A stretch of 64,000 nt of DNA from the human T2T-CHM13v2.0 reference genome, Homo sapiens. The notes beneath the pieces were generated by a model, which saw nothing but the letters and a program-made list of their open reading frames with translations, was not told the origin of the DNA and did no database searches. Within the stretch, counting starts at the first letter, position 1, and each line of letters starts with the position of its first letter. The stretch lies in the NCBI RefSeq assembly GCF_009914755.1, contig NC_060926.1; one strand, written 5' to 3'. Below, piece by piece: positions 13,101 through 25,834 of this stretch. The position numbers and the translations under genes are program-made.

Positions 13101-14959
13101 AGGAGCAAATCATTTTTGCTTAGCAATAGAGTAATTTTTACTTGTTATTTGCTTCAAGTTTTTTATTTTTTACTGGTTGTGTAACTGAAGTATTATATTG
13201 AGGTCTGAATATGAAATACATAAATCAGGGATAAATCTGAAATGATAGACATAAAGGTATTTAAACTGTTATATAAATCTAAATTTAACTTTTTTCTTAC
13301 TCTATGACAAAATCCTGCATAACATAATTATGTGACAAATTGAAAAGTCAATCAATGGTCAGTTAAAAATCTGAAGTATAATAGATTATTAATAAAGAGG
13401 AATAGTTACAATTCCAAGTGAATTTAGCTGAATTTTCTATTTAATCTTATAAAAAGTATTTTCTTTTTGAAAGCTCTAAACAATATCATTATATAAATAT
13501 TGCAATTATAGGAATATTTAAATAATTCTTTTTTAAAAAATTCATTTCTTTATCCATCCATACTTTAATTAAGGAATGTGTTCAAATGTTCAGTTTCTTT
13601 TAGTAGTGAATTCACAAACTAGACACTGTGCCTTGCTCTACAGCAAATTTGAATTAAATAATTTTACCTTGTAAAAATAATCAGGCAGGTTTCTGGGGGA
13701 AAAATACAGCACATATTACAATAAGATAGAAGAAAATTTGAACATCTCCTAAGTGCTTAGTAACCCAGTAACCATTGCTAAGGAAACCAGTTTCTCGGCA
13801 TCCACATAGCATGGAGTTAACAATTCAGAGGGCCTATCTGTTGAACTTACAGACACATGTAATGGATCACACACAGCCTCATTCTCTAAATGAAAAATAA
13901 TATTTCATTGGTTTTGAGAATGTTTTGAAAATTAACCAAGGTTAATTATGTAAAGGTATAAGTATGAATCAGACTGAAAGTTGTTTTATGCCATGAGAGT
14001 TAAGTTCGTACCTGAAAGCAACCTAAACAGCATCTTGGTAGAGAAGCAGCTTATATTGGGGTTGAAGAAAGAAAAATAGGGTATATTTTCAGGCTTATCA
14101 TTGGCTTTCTACTTTGCCTTCTTAAAGGTACTTAATTAGCTTGTTTTTAATTAATTCATCTAAATTGTCTTAACACATATACCCTAAAAATAAATTTGTT
14201 CATTGATTGATTGTTCAGTAGATTCTCCAATTTACAAGTAAGAGGCACCACGGTATCAGTGGGAAATGGGCATTATCAAGATACTTTGTCCAAACCTATT
14301 ATGAGCCCAGGATGAGTGGCAGAAAAATCAAACTGTGACTACAAGCCTTCATAAGACACAAGGATGTTAAGACTCATGGGGAAAGAGCTACAGGATGTAT
14401 TTTGATGGTCTATTTGAAGCATGGTGGATTAAAAGAGTAGAAGTGAGCTAACATGAAAAGTAAGATAAGATATTGACCTTGGGGCAGAAGTTTTGAATTC
14501 ACATCAGAACTTTGAAAAGAAGTTGGTTATGAAAGACTTTAGATAGCAAACACCCATTTTCTATTCTTCCATTTTTAAATTACCAAGCACATTTTTGTGA
14601 GAAGGGAAAAGTGTCAAATTCAATGACTTCTCTCTCCACTCCTCCCTGTGAAATAGGATTTTTTCCTTGCAATAATTCTCTGTTTACAAGATCTTAGTTG
14701 GTTATTGTGGAACTGATTGTTTCACCAAACAGGTGGGTGATTAATTACCATGACCTAGTTACCATGAGCAAATGAAATCTGAAGACTTACTATTTCTCTG
14801 TAAATCTTCATTCTTAAAGGCTCTATCTGACAAATATTGAAAGCAAATACCATTTTTAAAACTTCGTGTTCTTCAAGTGATGAAGAAAGGGACTACCCTT
14901 AGAAGCAGTGACTCTTCGATTAAGTCATATAAATGAGTAAAGCTAGCTGGGTGCTTTAA

Positions 14960-15237
14960 TGGGACTGCAGGAGACTGTGGACTGTATAAAGTAGGAAATG
15001 TTGTCCCTATTCAAAGGAGATGCCTGCCACTCATTCCAACTGATTGTTGCCATTTGGAAATTAAGGTCCAGTCTTGCCAGATCTTCCAATTTTTAAAGGC
15101 AAGATGGAAATCTGAAATTTATGTGAAAATCTTGATTTTCAGAAGCAAGTCTTTCAAAAATTTAAAAAACAATGTCCCACTCAAAACTATGTGCATCCAG
15201 TCTAGTTAAGTGACAGGCTGCTAACTTACAGCCTCTG
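14960..15237 (-). mobile_element. MER102-like hAT-Charlie element
   Basis: gattgttgccat...ttgccagatctt...ggaaatctgaaatttatgtgaaaatct...cagcctctg. Confidence 0.7.
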
Positions 15238-15539
15238 CTTTAATGGCATTTTTGCTTCAGATTTTTACATATATTGAGGAGAAATAAAAATCTCTTTTTT
15301 TCAAATTAATTCAAAAGCTAGTTATTAAATATACAATTTAGGCACAGCAATGTCCTAGGTACTGTGAGGTACACAAAAAAATAAATAAGGATGACTACAG
15401 AGTTTGAAGAACTATAGGGTAGAAAGAAGCCCCTACATATCAAACTAAAATCATGTGGATTGCCACTGTTCATATTGCCCATTTCACTACAGATTTTTTT
15501 TAACTTCAGTGAAAAAATAATCTATTTAAAATTGACTCT

Positions 15540-16383
15540 TTGATGAGGATGTAGAGAAAAAGGAACCCTCATACACTGTTGGTAGCAATGTAAATTAGTG
15601 CAACCACTATGGAGAATAGTTTGGAGGTTCCTCAAAAAGTTAAAAATTGAGCTACCATATGATCCAGCAATCCCATTGCTGGGTATATACCCAAAAGAGA
15701 GGAAATAAGTATATCAAACAGATATCTGCACACCCATGCTTGTTGCAGCACTGTTAACAATAACTAAATGTGGAAACAACCTAAGTGTCCATCAGCAGAT
15801 GAATGGATAAAGAAAATGTGGTACATATATTCAATGGAGTACTAGTCAACCCTAAAAAGGAATGAGATCCAGTCATTTGTAACAACATGGATGGAACTGG
15901 AGATCCTTATGTTAACTGAAATAAACCAGGCACAGAAAGACAAACATCGCATGTTCTCACTTATTTGTGGAATCTAAAAGTCAAAACAATTAAACTCATG
16001 GGGATAGAGAGTAGAAGGATGTCTACCAGGGGCTGGGAATGGTAGCGATAGTGGGGTGGGGAGGTGGAGATGGTTAATGGGTACGAAATAAGCTAGAAAT
16101 AATTAACAAGAATTAATAAGACCTATTTGATAGAGTGATTATAGTCAAAACAGAGTGATTATAATCAATAATAATTTAATTGTACATTTAAAAATAACTA
16201 AAAGAGCATTACTGGATTGTTTGTAATACAAAGGATAAATGCTTGAGGAGATGGACACCCCATTCTCCATGATGCGATTATTACAAATTGCATGCCTGTA
16301 TTAAAGTATCTCCTTTAACCCATAACTATATACACTACTATGTACCACTAAAAATAAAAATTAAAGATAAAATAAAATAAAAT
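15540..16383 (+). mobile_element. L1MA (L1MA2-like) 3' end
   Basis: ORF2 C-terminal DNA (gagctaccatatgatccagcaatccc) plus L1MA 3'UTR (ggattgtttgtaatacaaaggataaatgcttgagg) and A-rich tail. Confidence 0.9.
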
Positions 16384-18516
16384 ATCCTCTTGATGTGAGA
16401 AAATAAAGATAGAGTAGGTAAATTGTATCCTGTCATATGGAAATAAAGTCCTGAAAATCCACTTTTCTGGATTTTTTCAGTTTCTGTACCATGATAAAAT
16501 TTCTTGCTTCTGGGAATTTTATTTTCTGAAGAATCAATGTCAAAATAACTGTCCTATTTTCCCTTAAGAGATTTGGGGGGGTTTTTTGTAGAAAGCTCTA
16601 AATTCAGTATTTCATGTTCCACATATGCAAGATTTTTAGGAGATTTGAATAACTACTGCTGAGTTGATGTGACAGGAAATCAGTGAACTTTTATCTTAAA
16701 TAAGCAGAAGAAAATCAATCTTAAACTAATTGACTTAAACTAAGGGCAATTTTAATTGGATGGTTCATTTCTAAGGCTTTCTCTTTGCAGTTAAGTGGGG
16801 AACTACATTAAAAGGAATGAGCAATTTTGAGGGAATTAAATAATTGATACCGACTATTATACAGAGTCTAGTAAAAGCATCATCTTGAGAGTCATCACAT
16901 ACAGTTGGGTAAAATGAGCTTTCAAAAAACAAAAAGACAACACAACAGAGAAAAATAACAGACACAAACAAGTTGGCAAAGTGCTAACTTCTGCTGACTT
17001 TGTGAGCTTTGGAAATGACCTGGCCATTGTGGCTTTGTGGTGGATGAGGGATCTGAGTTGGGCCAGAGAGCAACATTCCAGGTAGTAAAAGTCACCCAGG
17101 GAGAAGCAAGAAGGGGTATGTTCTATCCCATTTGCTCAGACTTTACTCTCCGCTTGGAAACTGTTAAATTAATCACTGCTGACAAGGCATGGGGGCCAGG
17201 TCAATAAGTTATGCACCCCTCTCCATGCCTACATAGTACAATTTCACTTATAATTGGATACAGCACTTTATCCCCAAAAGGATCACTGGCCAGGCCTCTG
17301 GGAGAAATAAATTTAGATCCAGTCCTCTGAACAACTGCTGACTTTGCCTATAACCACAAATATGTGAGGCGATGCCCTTCCTTTCCACCCAAGCCTTGAA
17401 AGCTTTAGTTAAAACATAATAATAATGTCAAGTAACTAGCTCAGCTTTGTAGTGCTACTAAACTTTTAAAAATAAACCATCCTTCTCTCCCCAAACATTT
17501 CATTGTTGACAATCTACTCACAGAAGTTATGATTTAGAAAAGGAAAATGATTTTATGGAGCATTACCTCATAGCATTTAGCTCTGGTATTTTATTCTAGA
17601 AGCGAAAAAGTAAAAACACATATTGGAAAGAGAAGAAATGAAAGATAATTCCTGAAAGGCAACCATATTTTTTTCTAAGACAATGAGAAAGCAAAGTGAT
17701 GTGAAACTCTATGAAGATCTAGTTATAGTATTTGGTATCTGAGCAGATTTAAATAATATACAATGTTATGCTTGTTCCATCATGATCGACTTAAACAATA
17801 AGACAGACTAGGAGTTCGCAGCAGGTCTAATACCCACATACAAACACACAGAACTAGATTATACGTTTTCTAAAAATATCCACCAATGGGTACTTTTATT
17901 TAGAATGTTCCTCCACTCCCCCACTCAGGGTCCTGGCAGCTGGGCTTCTAGTGATTGCATTTGTGTTAGTTGCTTTGTTTTGACTAACTTTGTCGTAAAG
18001 GAGTTTCATTTTCACTGCTTAAGGCATCAAGGTATTTTTCTTTTCTTTAGAAGTGTAGGTATCAAATATTATTATTAAATTTCTACATTATTAGCAACCA
18101 CTGAATTTGCTGCCCTGGAGACATTCAGAGCTGTTTAAGATGCAGACAAATGTTTATTTTTACTTATAGGAATAAAAAGTCACTCAACACAACTCTTAAA
18201 CTGTAGCCCAAACTGTAATTTGTATGTGTTAAAGGCTTTAAATTTCAATTATTCCCTTTATCCATGTGTACCAAAGATGATTTTTTGGAAGTGAGATGGT
18301 GTAATTAAAAGCACCTCATAAAAAGCTCAGTTTTTTTAGTTTGCATATCATGTGTTGATAGCAGTGTCTAAGGAAAAGAGAAATAACACATGCTACAGTA
18401 GTATTCAAAAGAATCATCAGGTAGCCCATGGGAGGAAATGAATATTTATAGCATATAAAAATCCCTTCTAATAGGCATGTCATATCATATAGTAACTTTG
18501 GGAATTGTGGAATGAG

Positions 18517-18614
18517 TGGAAGGAAGGAGGGGGAGAAGGAAGAGAGGGGAGCGGAAGGGGAGGGGAGGGGAGGGAAGAGCAGGTGGAAGCAGGTAGGGGA
18601 AGGGAAAGGGAAAA
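18517..18614. repeat. GA-rich polypurine low-complexity tract
   Basis: ggaaggaaggagggggagaagg...ggggaggggaggggaggg. Confidence 0.85.
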
Positions 18615-19124
18615 TATAGACCCTAGTCTTTGCTTTCTCACTTCTTAGTCAACCTTTCCCTGTTGTCATTTTCCACACCTGTAAAGTTGGAGCTTGAAAT
18701 ATGACCTCTAACTATACCTTAGCTTCACAGTCTCCAATTAACTCATTAATCCAGACAAATGGTAGCAGTGTTTTCACATTTGGCTCCTCAAAGATCTAGT
18801 GGTTATAAAAACCAGTTAATTATGAGAGGCTATGTGGTGTAGAAGAAATAAAGAGAGTAAACCTGCCTTAGAGTTAGACATTCCTCAGGCAGCGTCTCAT
18901 GAGACGACTTCCCTCAGCTCTAAGGCAGAGAGGCATGCTGGCCTCACATGACTAGTGATGAGGAGTGGCTAAAGCATTTAGTTTGGTGCCAGGCATTTAG
19001 CTCATTGTCAGGATTTTAGGTCTATGGAACATTCTTATGCCTGGAAAAGCTTTTATTAGAACTTCTAGCAACCTACTAAAAAGGATTAACCATGAATTCA
19101 TTAGCCAGAGCACAGATTAATTGG

Positions 19125-19302
19125 ATTTTAGAGTTTGAAGGGACTTTTGCAATTTTTCAGTCCCTCCTCTCATTGTACAAAGGAAAGAATAGGAGGAACA
19201 TCAAGTTAGGTGACTTGCTAGGCCATTGGGTGGGTTAGTTGCAAAGCCAGGAGTACAATTCCAGCCTCCTAACTTCTGGGCCAGGCTATCTTCCATGATA
19301 CA
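19125..19302 (-). mobile_element. MIR
   Basis: ttagagtttgaagggac...gtgacttgctaggcca...gccaggagtacaattccagcctcctaacttc. Confidence 0.7.
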
Positions 19303-20254
19303 ATTAAAACCCAGAAACCCAGGAGGACTGACTGTCGATTTCTCTGTTTTGACATACTGCCACTTTTCTCTACCACTGTTATACACTGGGGTTGATTGAT
19401 TTAAAAAAACTGAGATGGAGCCTGGGGTCTACTTGGAGAGAGTAGAAGTAGCTCCTCAGATAGGGCTAACAGCCATTTCCTCAGGGAAACAATGAGAAAT
19501 CTTGGCTATAAGAAAATGAGTTAGATCTGCCGCAGAATTCTGTCCTAGGAAACAGCTCCTGTCAATACAGTTCATCATATGCTCTAAGGGACACTGGCTC
19601 TAATCACCGCCTACATGCATAGAGTTGTTAATTTGCTAATACTTGCATAAGAGTCTCCACATAAAACTGACTGAGGCTGTGTCTTCCCTGTTACTAATTT
19701 GTACAGCATTTATTTTCAGCACAGCCAATTTGAGAGCTACAGTCCCCTGCTGATATTTGAATTATATATTGGGAGGTATACGTTTTGAATTTGAATACGC
19801 TCATCAGTGTTGGTTTGTTCATGTTTCTCTTGCTCTGCCCAAGTGGAAATTTACATACAAGTAGCAGGAGTACCAGCAGGGAAGTGGAGCTGGGGAACGG
19901 AAAGCTTGTAAGAGGTAAAGGCTTCATGGACAGGCCCTCTGCCTCACATCACTGACTCCACACTGGGGGTTAATTTCAAACAAGCACAAGGTCTAGACTC
20001 AATCTCATGGTACACTGATCACATGGGACCCCATTACACACACTGATACTGAGATGCCATCAGGGTAAACTAAAAAAATTAACATTGGGAAATCTTTAAG
20101 AATGAAAGAATGCCCGGAGGTCCATTTGAAGTTTGTGAAACGTGGATGTGCAACAAAGAGTCCTACACACCTTGCCTTGGTGATGGTAGAAGTTTTATGA
20201 ACTGGCTTGTATAAACAGAATGTTTTCTACAGTGGCACCTGGTGGAGGGTACAT

Positions 20255-20436
20255 TGGAGAGAGCGCTGGGCTAGAGGCGAATACCTGGGCTTGTGTGATC
20301 CTAGGCAAGTTTCTTAAATTCTCTGAGACTCAATATCTGACTCCACAAAATGAAATAATAATTTTCATTATTCCTTTATTTATAAGGTTATTGCACAAGT
20401 CATTATAAAGTTATTGCACAAGTTAAGAATAATAGT
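20255..20436 (+). mobile_element. MIR, interrupted by L1PA
   Basis: Core tgtgtgatcctaggcaagtttcttaaattctctgagactca...aaaatgaaaataataat. Confidence 0.7.
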
Positions 20437-20439
20437 GTG

Positions 20440-20975
20440 TATGACCCAGCAATCCCATTACTGCGTATATACCCAAAGGATTATAAATCATTCTACGATA
20501 AAGACACATGCACACGTATGTTTATTGTGACACTATTCACAATAGCAAAGACTTGGAACCAACCCAAATATCCATCAATGATAGACTGTATTAAGAAAAT
20601 GTGGCACATATACACCGTGGAATACTATGCAGCCATAAAATAGGATGAGTTCATGTCTTTTGCAGGGACATGGATGAAGCTGGAAACCATCATTCTCAGC
20701 AAACTGTCACAAGATCAGAAAACCAAACACCACATGTTCTCACTCATAAGTGGGAGTTGAACAATGAGAACACGTGGACACAGGGAGGGGAACATCACAC
20801 ACCAGGGCCTGTCGGGAGGTGGGGGGCTAGGGGCAGGATAACAGTAGGAGAAATACCTAATGCAGGTGATGGGTTGATGGGTGCAGCAAACCACCAGGGC
20901 ATGTGTATACCTATGTAACAAAACTGAATGTTCTGCACATGTAACCCAGAACTTAAAGTTAAAAACAAAAAAAAG
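20440..20975 (+). mobile_element. 5'-truncated L1PA (L1PA7/8-like) 3' end
   Basis: [27 protein letters not shown] is ORF2 C-terminal; 3'UTR, A tail; flanking aatagtgt repeated. Confidence 0.92.
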
Positions 20976-21234
20976 AATAGTGTTTATAAAAACACATTGG
21001 AAATGATAAAGATCCATCCAAATATCATCTTTACATCACAATAAAAACAGTTATAGAAGACCTTTTACATTCTATAGCTAGTCAGTGGTTAGAGTTTCAA
21101 TCAGAAAGCAATAATCAATATTAGTATTACATATCATTTACTAATATTAATTACATTATTATGGTTTTATTGAGATTTATTTCTCCCAATGACTCCCTGA
21201 ATCTTTGCCCATTCAGTAGTTACTGCAGTCATTT

Positions 21235-21870
21235 TTCATCCAATCCATACATTTGAATGCTTGCTATGGACCACTTACGATTCCCGGCAGTTGTGATAAC
21301 GTAAAAGGTGAACAGGCAGAGATTTCTGCCCTCATTGGTCCTACATCCTAGCAAGGGGTTGAAGATGGGGGGAAGATGATAAATACAGTAAATAAGAAAA
21401 TTTTATAACATATTCAATGGTGAAAGCTGTTAGAAAAGAAAAAGTAGAACAGGGTAAGGAGAATTGGGAGGGCCAGGATTGGGGGCAATTTTAAACAGGG
21501 TGGTGAGATTTGGTTTAATTGAGAGTGTGAGCAAACAACTTAAGATGGTGAGGGAATTTGCCATTCTTTTATTGGGGGAAAAGCACTCCAGGCAGAAGGA
21601 CTAGAGAGGTTAGAGAGGGTGGGGTCATATAAAGACTTGTAGGTGGTTTTAAGAACGTGGGCTTTTACTCTGAGGGAAATGAGAGGTTGTTGGAAGGTTT
21701 TGAGCACAGGAGTGACATGATCTCTCTTGTGTTTAATAGTGTCACTCTGACTGCTCTCTTGAGAATTGGCCTTAGGGAGACAAGGGAGCAGAAACAGGAG
21801 TTAAGGAGCAACTGCAGGAATCTAGGAGCAAGAGGATGGTGGCTCATTCCACACTGTAGATGGGGGTACA
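21235..21870 (-). mobile_element. L2
   Basis: L2 3' end plus ctgccctcat, ggcttttactctgag, gaaggttttgagcacaggagtgacatgatct. Confidence 0.8.
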
Positions 21871-22454
21871 GTCAGTCGAGCTATGCGGCTACTCAGATGA
21901 CACGCTAGTAATGATTGTGTCTTCTATTTAGGGCTTGAGTATAGCTGTGACTAACCACTTGTAAAGACATTTAAAGGTATGTACCGAGATTGTAAGATAT
22001 TTCTACTAGCAATATTATGAATAGGTCTTTTGTTAAAAAATGGAAGAATGTTTCTCTAATTTATCATTTTGGATTTGAAACATGAAAATTAAAAAGCTCT
22101 GTGATAGGGATTTTAAAACCAAGTCCTTTATCTAAACCCCATGATCTCCTTTAAGAATAAAATGAATTTTCAAAATTTATGATAGAGTATGAACTTGATG
22201 CTATGTGACTCCCACCAGTAAGAAATTCGAGAGGTGTTTTTTTTAGTGCAAAGTCTTGCTTCTGTGCCCTTTTACTCACAGATTTGGTTTAGAAGAATGA
22301 TTATGTTGCTTTCAGTGCACTCATTTTAGTATAAAATATAATTATTTTAAAACTACTTTGCAAAGGAAAATCATAATTTTAAAGCCACATGCCGTCCAAC
22401 TAAATGGAAAAAGCTATGATTGTGAAGCTTCCTTTACTCATTTGAAATATACTA

Positions 22455-22670
22455 TCTATATTTTATAATATATTTAATAAAACATTAAACATAATTACAT
22501 TAAATTCATCACATTAATTATATGTTTATATAATATATGTGATTTATATAATATATGTGATTTATATATTTATATAAAATGTGATTCATCACATTAAATA
22601 TGTAACTTATGTATGTTTATAATATATAAATTAAATTAAATATATACTACATTTTATATTTTACCATAAA
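22455..22670. repeat. AT-rich low-complexity region with short tandem duplications
   Basis: atataatatatgtgattt twice; ttcatcacattaa twice. Confidence 0.8.
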
Positions 22671-23039
22671 ATAACATGGACAAACACAATTACAGTACTT
22701 TCTGTAAATTTCACAAATAACCTATTTAAATTTGTGTTATATGCATTTCTTCCTTAAGTTTTTTTAAAGTCTTGAGATTTTTGAAGTGCTTAAATTTACC
22801 GTCTTCAAACATTACACTAAGAAAAAAAATGAAATATTAAAAAAAAACCCCACAAAAAAACAAGTCATAGATGCCTTAAGACCCGGGTCATTATTTTCCT
22901 TCTATAAAGCAACAGTTCAAGAAGGTGTTTGTTTCCATCTCAAAGCAGAGTAATCTCCTTAGTTGAGGATCTTTATAATTTCTTAGGGAAAGATGTTAGC
23001 ATTTACTGAGCTTGTTGACAGGGTTTTGTCAGTTAGGAT

Positions 23040-23170
23040 AGATCTACGAAGGTAAGCTAGCAGGCTGGAGACCCAGAGAAGAGTTTCTGTTGCAGCTTGA
23101 GTCCAAGGGCAGTCTGCTGACAAAACTCCCTCTTCCTCTGGGGAGATCAGTCTTTTTTCTCCTGAAATCT
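23040..23170 (-). mobile_element. MLT2 (ERVL LTR) fragment, inverted relative to the copy at 24076
   Basis: gcaggctggagacccagagaagag...cagtctgctgacaaaa...ggggagatcagtc. Confidence 0.75.
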
Positions 23171-23266
23171 CTGAGTGAAAAGAATTACATACTCTTCTGA
23201 ATCCTAGTTAGTTTGCCCATTTTCTCCCCAGTTCAGTCACCTGCTTGACATCTTCAGACAAATCTT

Positions 23267-23620
23267 GTGCTGAGTATTGATGTCCCCCCAAAGTTTATAT
23301 GTTAAAACTTAATCTCCAATGCAATCATATTAAAAGGTAGAGCTTCAGGAGGTAATTAGGTCAAGAAGGCAGAGCCCCCCTAAATGGGATTAGTGCCCTT
23401 ATAAAAGAGGTCCAAGGGAGATTGTTAGCCATTTCCACCATATTTGCCACACAAGAAGGCAACATCTGTAAAAAAAGAGAGTAAGCCCTCAGAAGACACT
23501 GAATCTGCTGGCACCTTGATCTTGGACTTCCTCACTTCCAGAAGTATAAGAAATAAATTTCTGTTTATAAACTACCCAGTCTAAGGGATATTGTTATAAC
23601 TGCCCAAATGAACAAAGACA
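23267..23620 (+). mobile_element. MaLR LTR (MSTC/MSTD/MLT1A-like)
   Basis: gtcccccaaag...gggattagtgcccttataaaagag...ggcaccttgatcttggacttcc...aaagaca. Confidence 0.8.
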
Positions 23621-23947
23621 TCTGGGTAATCATAAAGTTCACAGCTGCATCTGTCCTTGTGGCTGGATATATATATACATAGTATGCCAAAAACCTCCCC
23701 AGCTTCTCATTAGACCAATCGACTAATCTTAATTTATTTTGTAGTCTCAATAACAGACTCAGAAGTCTCCATTTTTTTTTTTTGTCTTGCTCAGGGAAAT
23801 AGATGCCATGGCAAAACAGCTCTCTCTAGTTTCTTTGTCTTGTTTCATTTTGCTTTTGTACTATTCACCAAATATTTCTGGCTCTCTGCCTACCAAATCT
23901 ATGGTAACGTCATTTTACTTGCTTCCTAAGAACTTAGGTTATACCCA

Positions 23948-24075
23948 TTTCCAACCATTAGGAAAAGTTTAAAGAATTCTTTTTTTTCCCAAATAATAAG
24001 GTATATTAATGTTCCGTTGCTGTATAAATACTACCACACATTTGGAAGCTTAGACAAAACAAATTTATTACATCA
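23948..24075 (+). repeat. 128-bp direct duplication, copy 1 (copy 2 at 25203-25330)
   Basis: Manual ungapped alignment gives 120/128 identity. Confidence 0.95.
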
Positions 24076-24448
24076 AAGGTTAATTTTATGTCATGCTTGG
24101 CTAGGTCGTGGTACCTGGACAGTTGGTGGAACATCATTTTAGGTGTTTCTGTGAACGTATTTTCCAGATGAATTAACATTTAAGTCACTAGATTTTGAGT
24201 AAGATAGGCAACTCTCCATAATGTGGGTGGGCCTTATCTAATCAGTTGATGGCCTTAGGAGGAAAAAGATTGATCTCCCCAGAGGAAGAGGGGATTTTGT
24301 CAGCAGACTGCTCTTGTACTCAAGATGCAACATAGGCTCTTCCCTGGGTCTCCATCCTGCTAGCCAAGCTTGCAGATTTTGAATTTACCACCCTCTATAA
24401 TCATGAGCCAATTCCCTCAAATAATCAATTTCTTTCTCTGTCTCTCTG

Positions 24449-24498
<50 letters not shown>

Positions 24499-24535
24499 AT
24501 TGGTTTTGTTCTTCTGGGGAACCTTGACTAATATA
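24076..24535 (+). mobile_element. MLT2C/D-like ERVL LTR containing (CA)n
   Basis: ggttaattttatgtc...ctccataatgtgggtgggcc...ccttgactaata; (CA)n at about 24452-24494. Confidence 0.85.
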
Positions 24536-24801
24536 GGCCACGTGACTTGTGTTAGCCAATGAAACGTGAACAGAAGTGACGTGTGTTGGTTCCAAGTGGA
24601 AGCTTCAAGAGCCAGTGTATGACTTGCCACATTCACTTTTCCTGCCTCAGAAAATGTAAAGGCAGAGAAATGTAGCCTGTAGAGCAGAACTCCAGCAACA
24701 CTATGATGGACATAGAGTTTGGTGAGAATTAAATCTTAATTTTTGTAAACCTCTATGATGTGAAGATTGTTGCTACAATATAACCTATATTTTCTGGATA
24801 C
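24536..24801 (+). mobile_element. Old MaLR LTR fragment (MLT1I/J-like)
   Basis: ggccacgtgacttg...gccaatgaaacgtgaacagaagtgacgtgtg. Confidence 0.6.
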
Positions 24802-25202
24802 AACTACTTCTAAATTTACCTTTTAAGGTCAGAATTCTTTTCCTCCTAGGTTTTACAATTGTGCTTAATACCATTTTAAACCTTGGCATTCTAAGAATTT
24901 AAATTGGGCCCACACAAACATCTAAACCACTTGCTTAATTGTCCAGTTGACTCTGAAGAAAACTTGAACAAAGGAATGTTGGCAGAATCAATAATCTAGG
25001 CTATACAAATGCTAATTCATCCTCACTTCCCAATCTCAGAAAAACAGTTGAAGGCTCTACAGTTATAAAACTTAGCATGAACTCCCTTTCTTGGAATATT
25101 CTCATCATAAAGGATCTGATACTTGACAGCCTGAGGACTGTTCAGAAGATGTTCCAATCACAGTGATAAAGATAGGTACTGCCATGTTAAATACATAATG
25201 TC

Positions 25203-25330
25203 TTTCCAACCATAAGGAAAAGTTTAAAGAATTCTTTTTTTTCCCAAATAATAGTGTATATTAATGTTCTGTTGCTGTGTAAATACTACCATACATTTGG
25301 AAGCTTAGAGAAAACAAATTAATTACATCA
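25203..25330 (+). repeat. 128-bp direct duplication, copy 2
   Basis: Matches 23948-24075 and runs directly into the MLT1E LTR. Confidence 0.95.
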
Positions 25331-25834
25331 CACATTCCATGGGTCAGGATTCTGGCACGTTTTCGTTGTGTAGTCTGCTCAGGATCTCACAAGTCTGGGA
25401 AATGAATATGTTGGCCATATGTGTCCTCCTCCAGAGGCTGAAGTAGGGAAAGATCCGATCCCAAGCTTTCTCACTTTGTTGGCACAATTAACTTCCTTGC
25501 AGTTGCATTACCGAGGTCCCTGTTGTTTGCTGGCTGTCAGCTAGAGACCACTCTTAGATCCTAGACACCCTCAGGTCCTTGCCGTGGGGCCTCCTTTGGA
25601 GCTCTCATACTTCTCATTTCTTTCTAGTCCACTATGAAGAGATCATATACAATTGAAGGTAATCACAAAGTGATTATCCCTTCACCATTTTCCATGCAAC
25701 ATAAATTGGTCAAGAGAGCAACTATTCCATCATATCCACAGGTTAAATTGGCAATCAAAGGCAAAGAATTATACCAGGTGTGGATAACAGAGAATGAGTA
25801 TTTTGAGGGTCAGTTTAGAATTCTGGCTACCACA
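25255..25834 (-). mobile_element. MLT1E-like LTR
   Basis: Ends ttagaattctggctaccaca (reverse complement of MLT1E start); internal ttccttgcagttg...gaggtccctg. Confidence 0.75.

Noticed and set aside
16771-16971. 66-aa ORF with hydrophobic N-terminus; nearby + strand acceptor ctctttgcag
   Set aside because: Non-ATG start, no recognisable homology and no convincing donor; consistent with chance.
18893-18906. Perfect 14-bp palindrome cgtctcatgagacg
   Set aside because: A few palindromes of this size are expected by chance in 64 kb.
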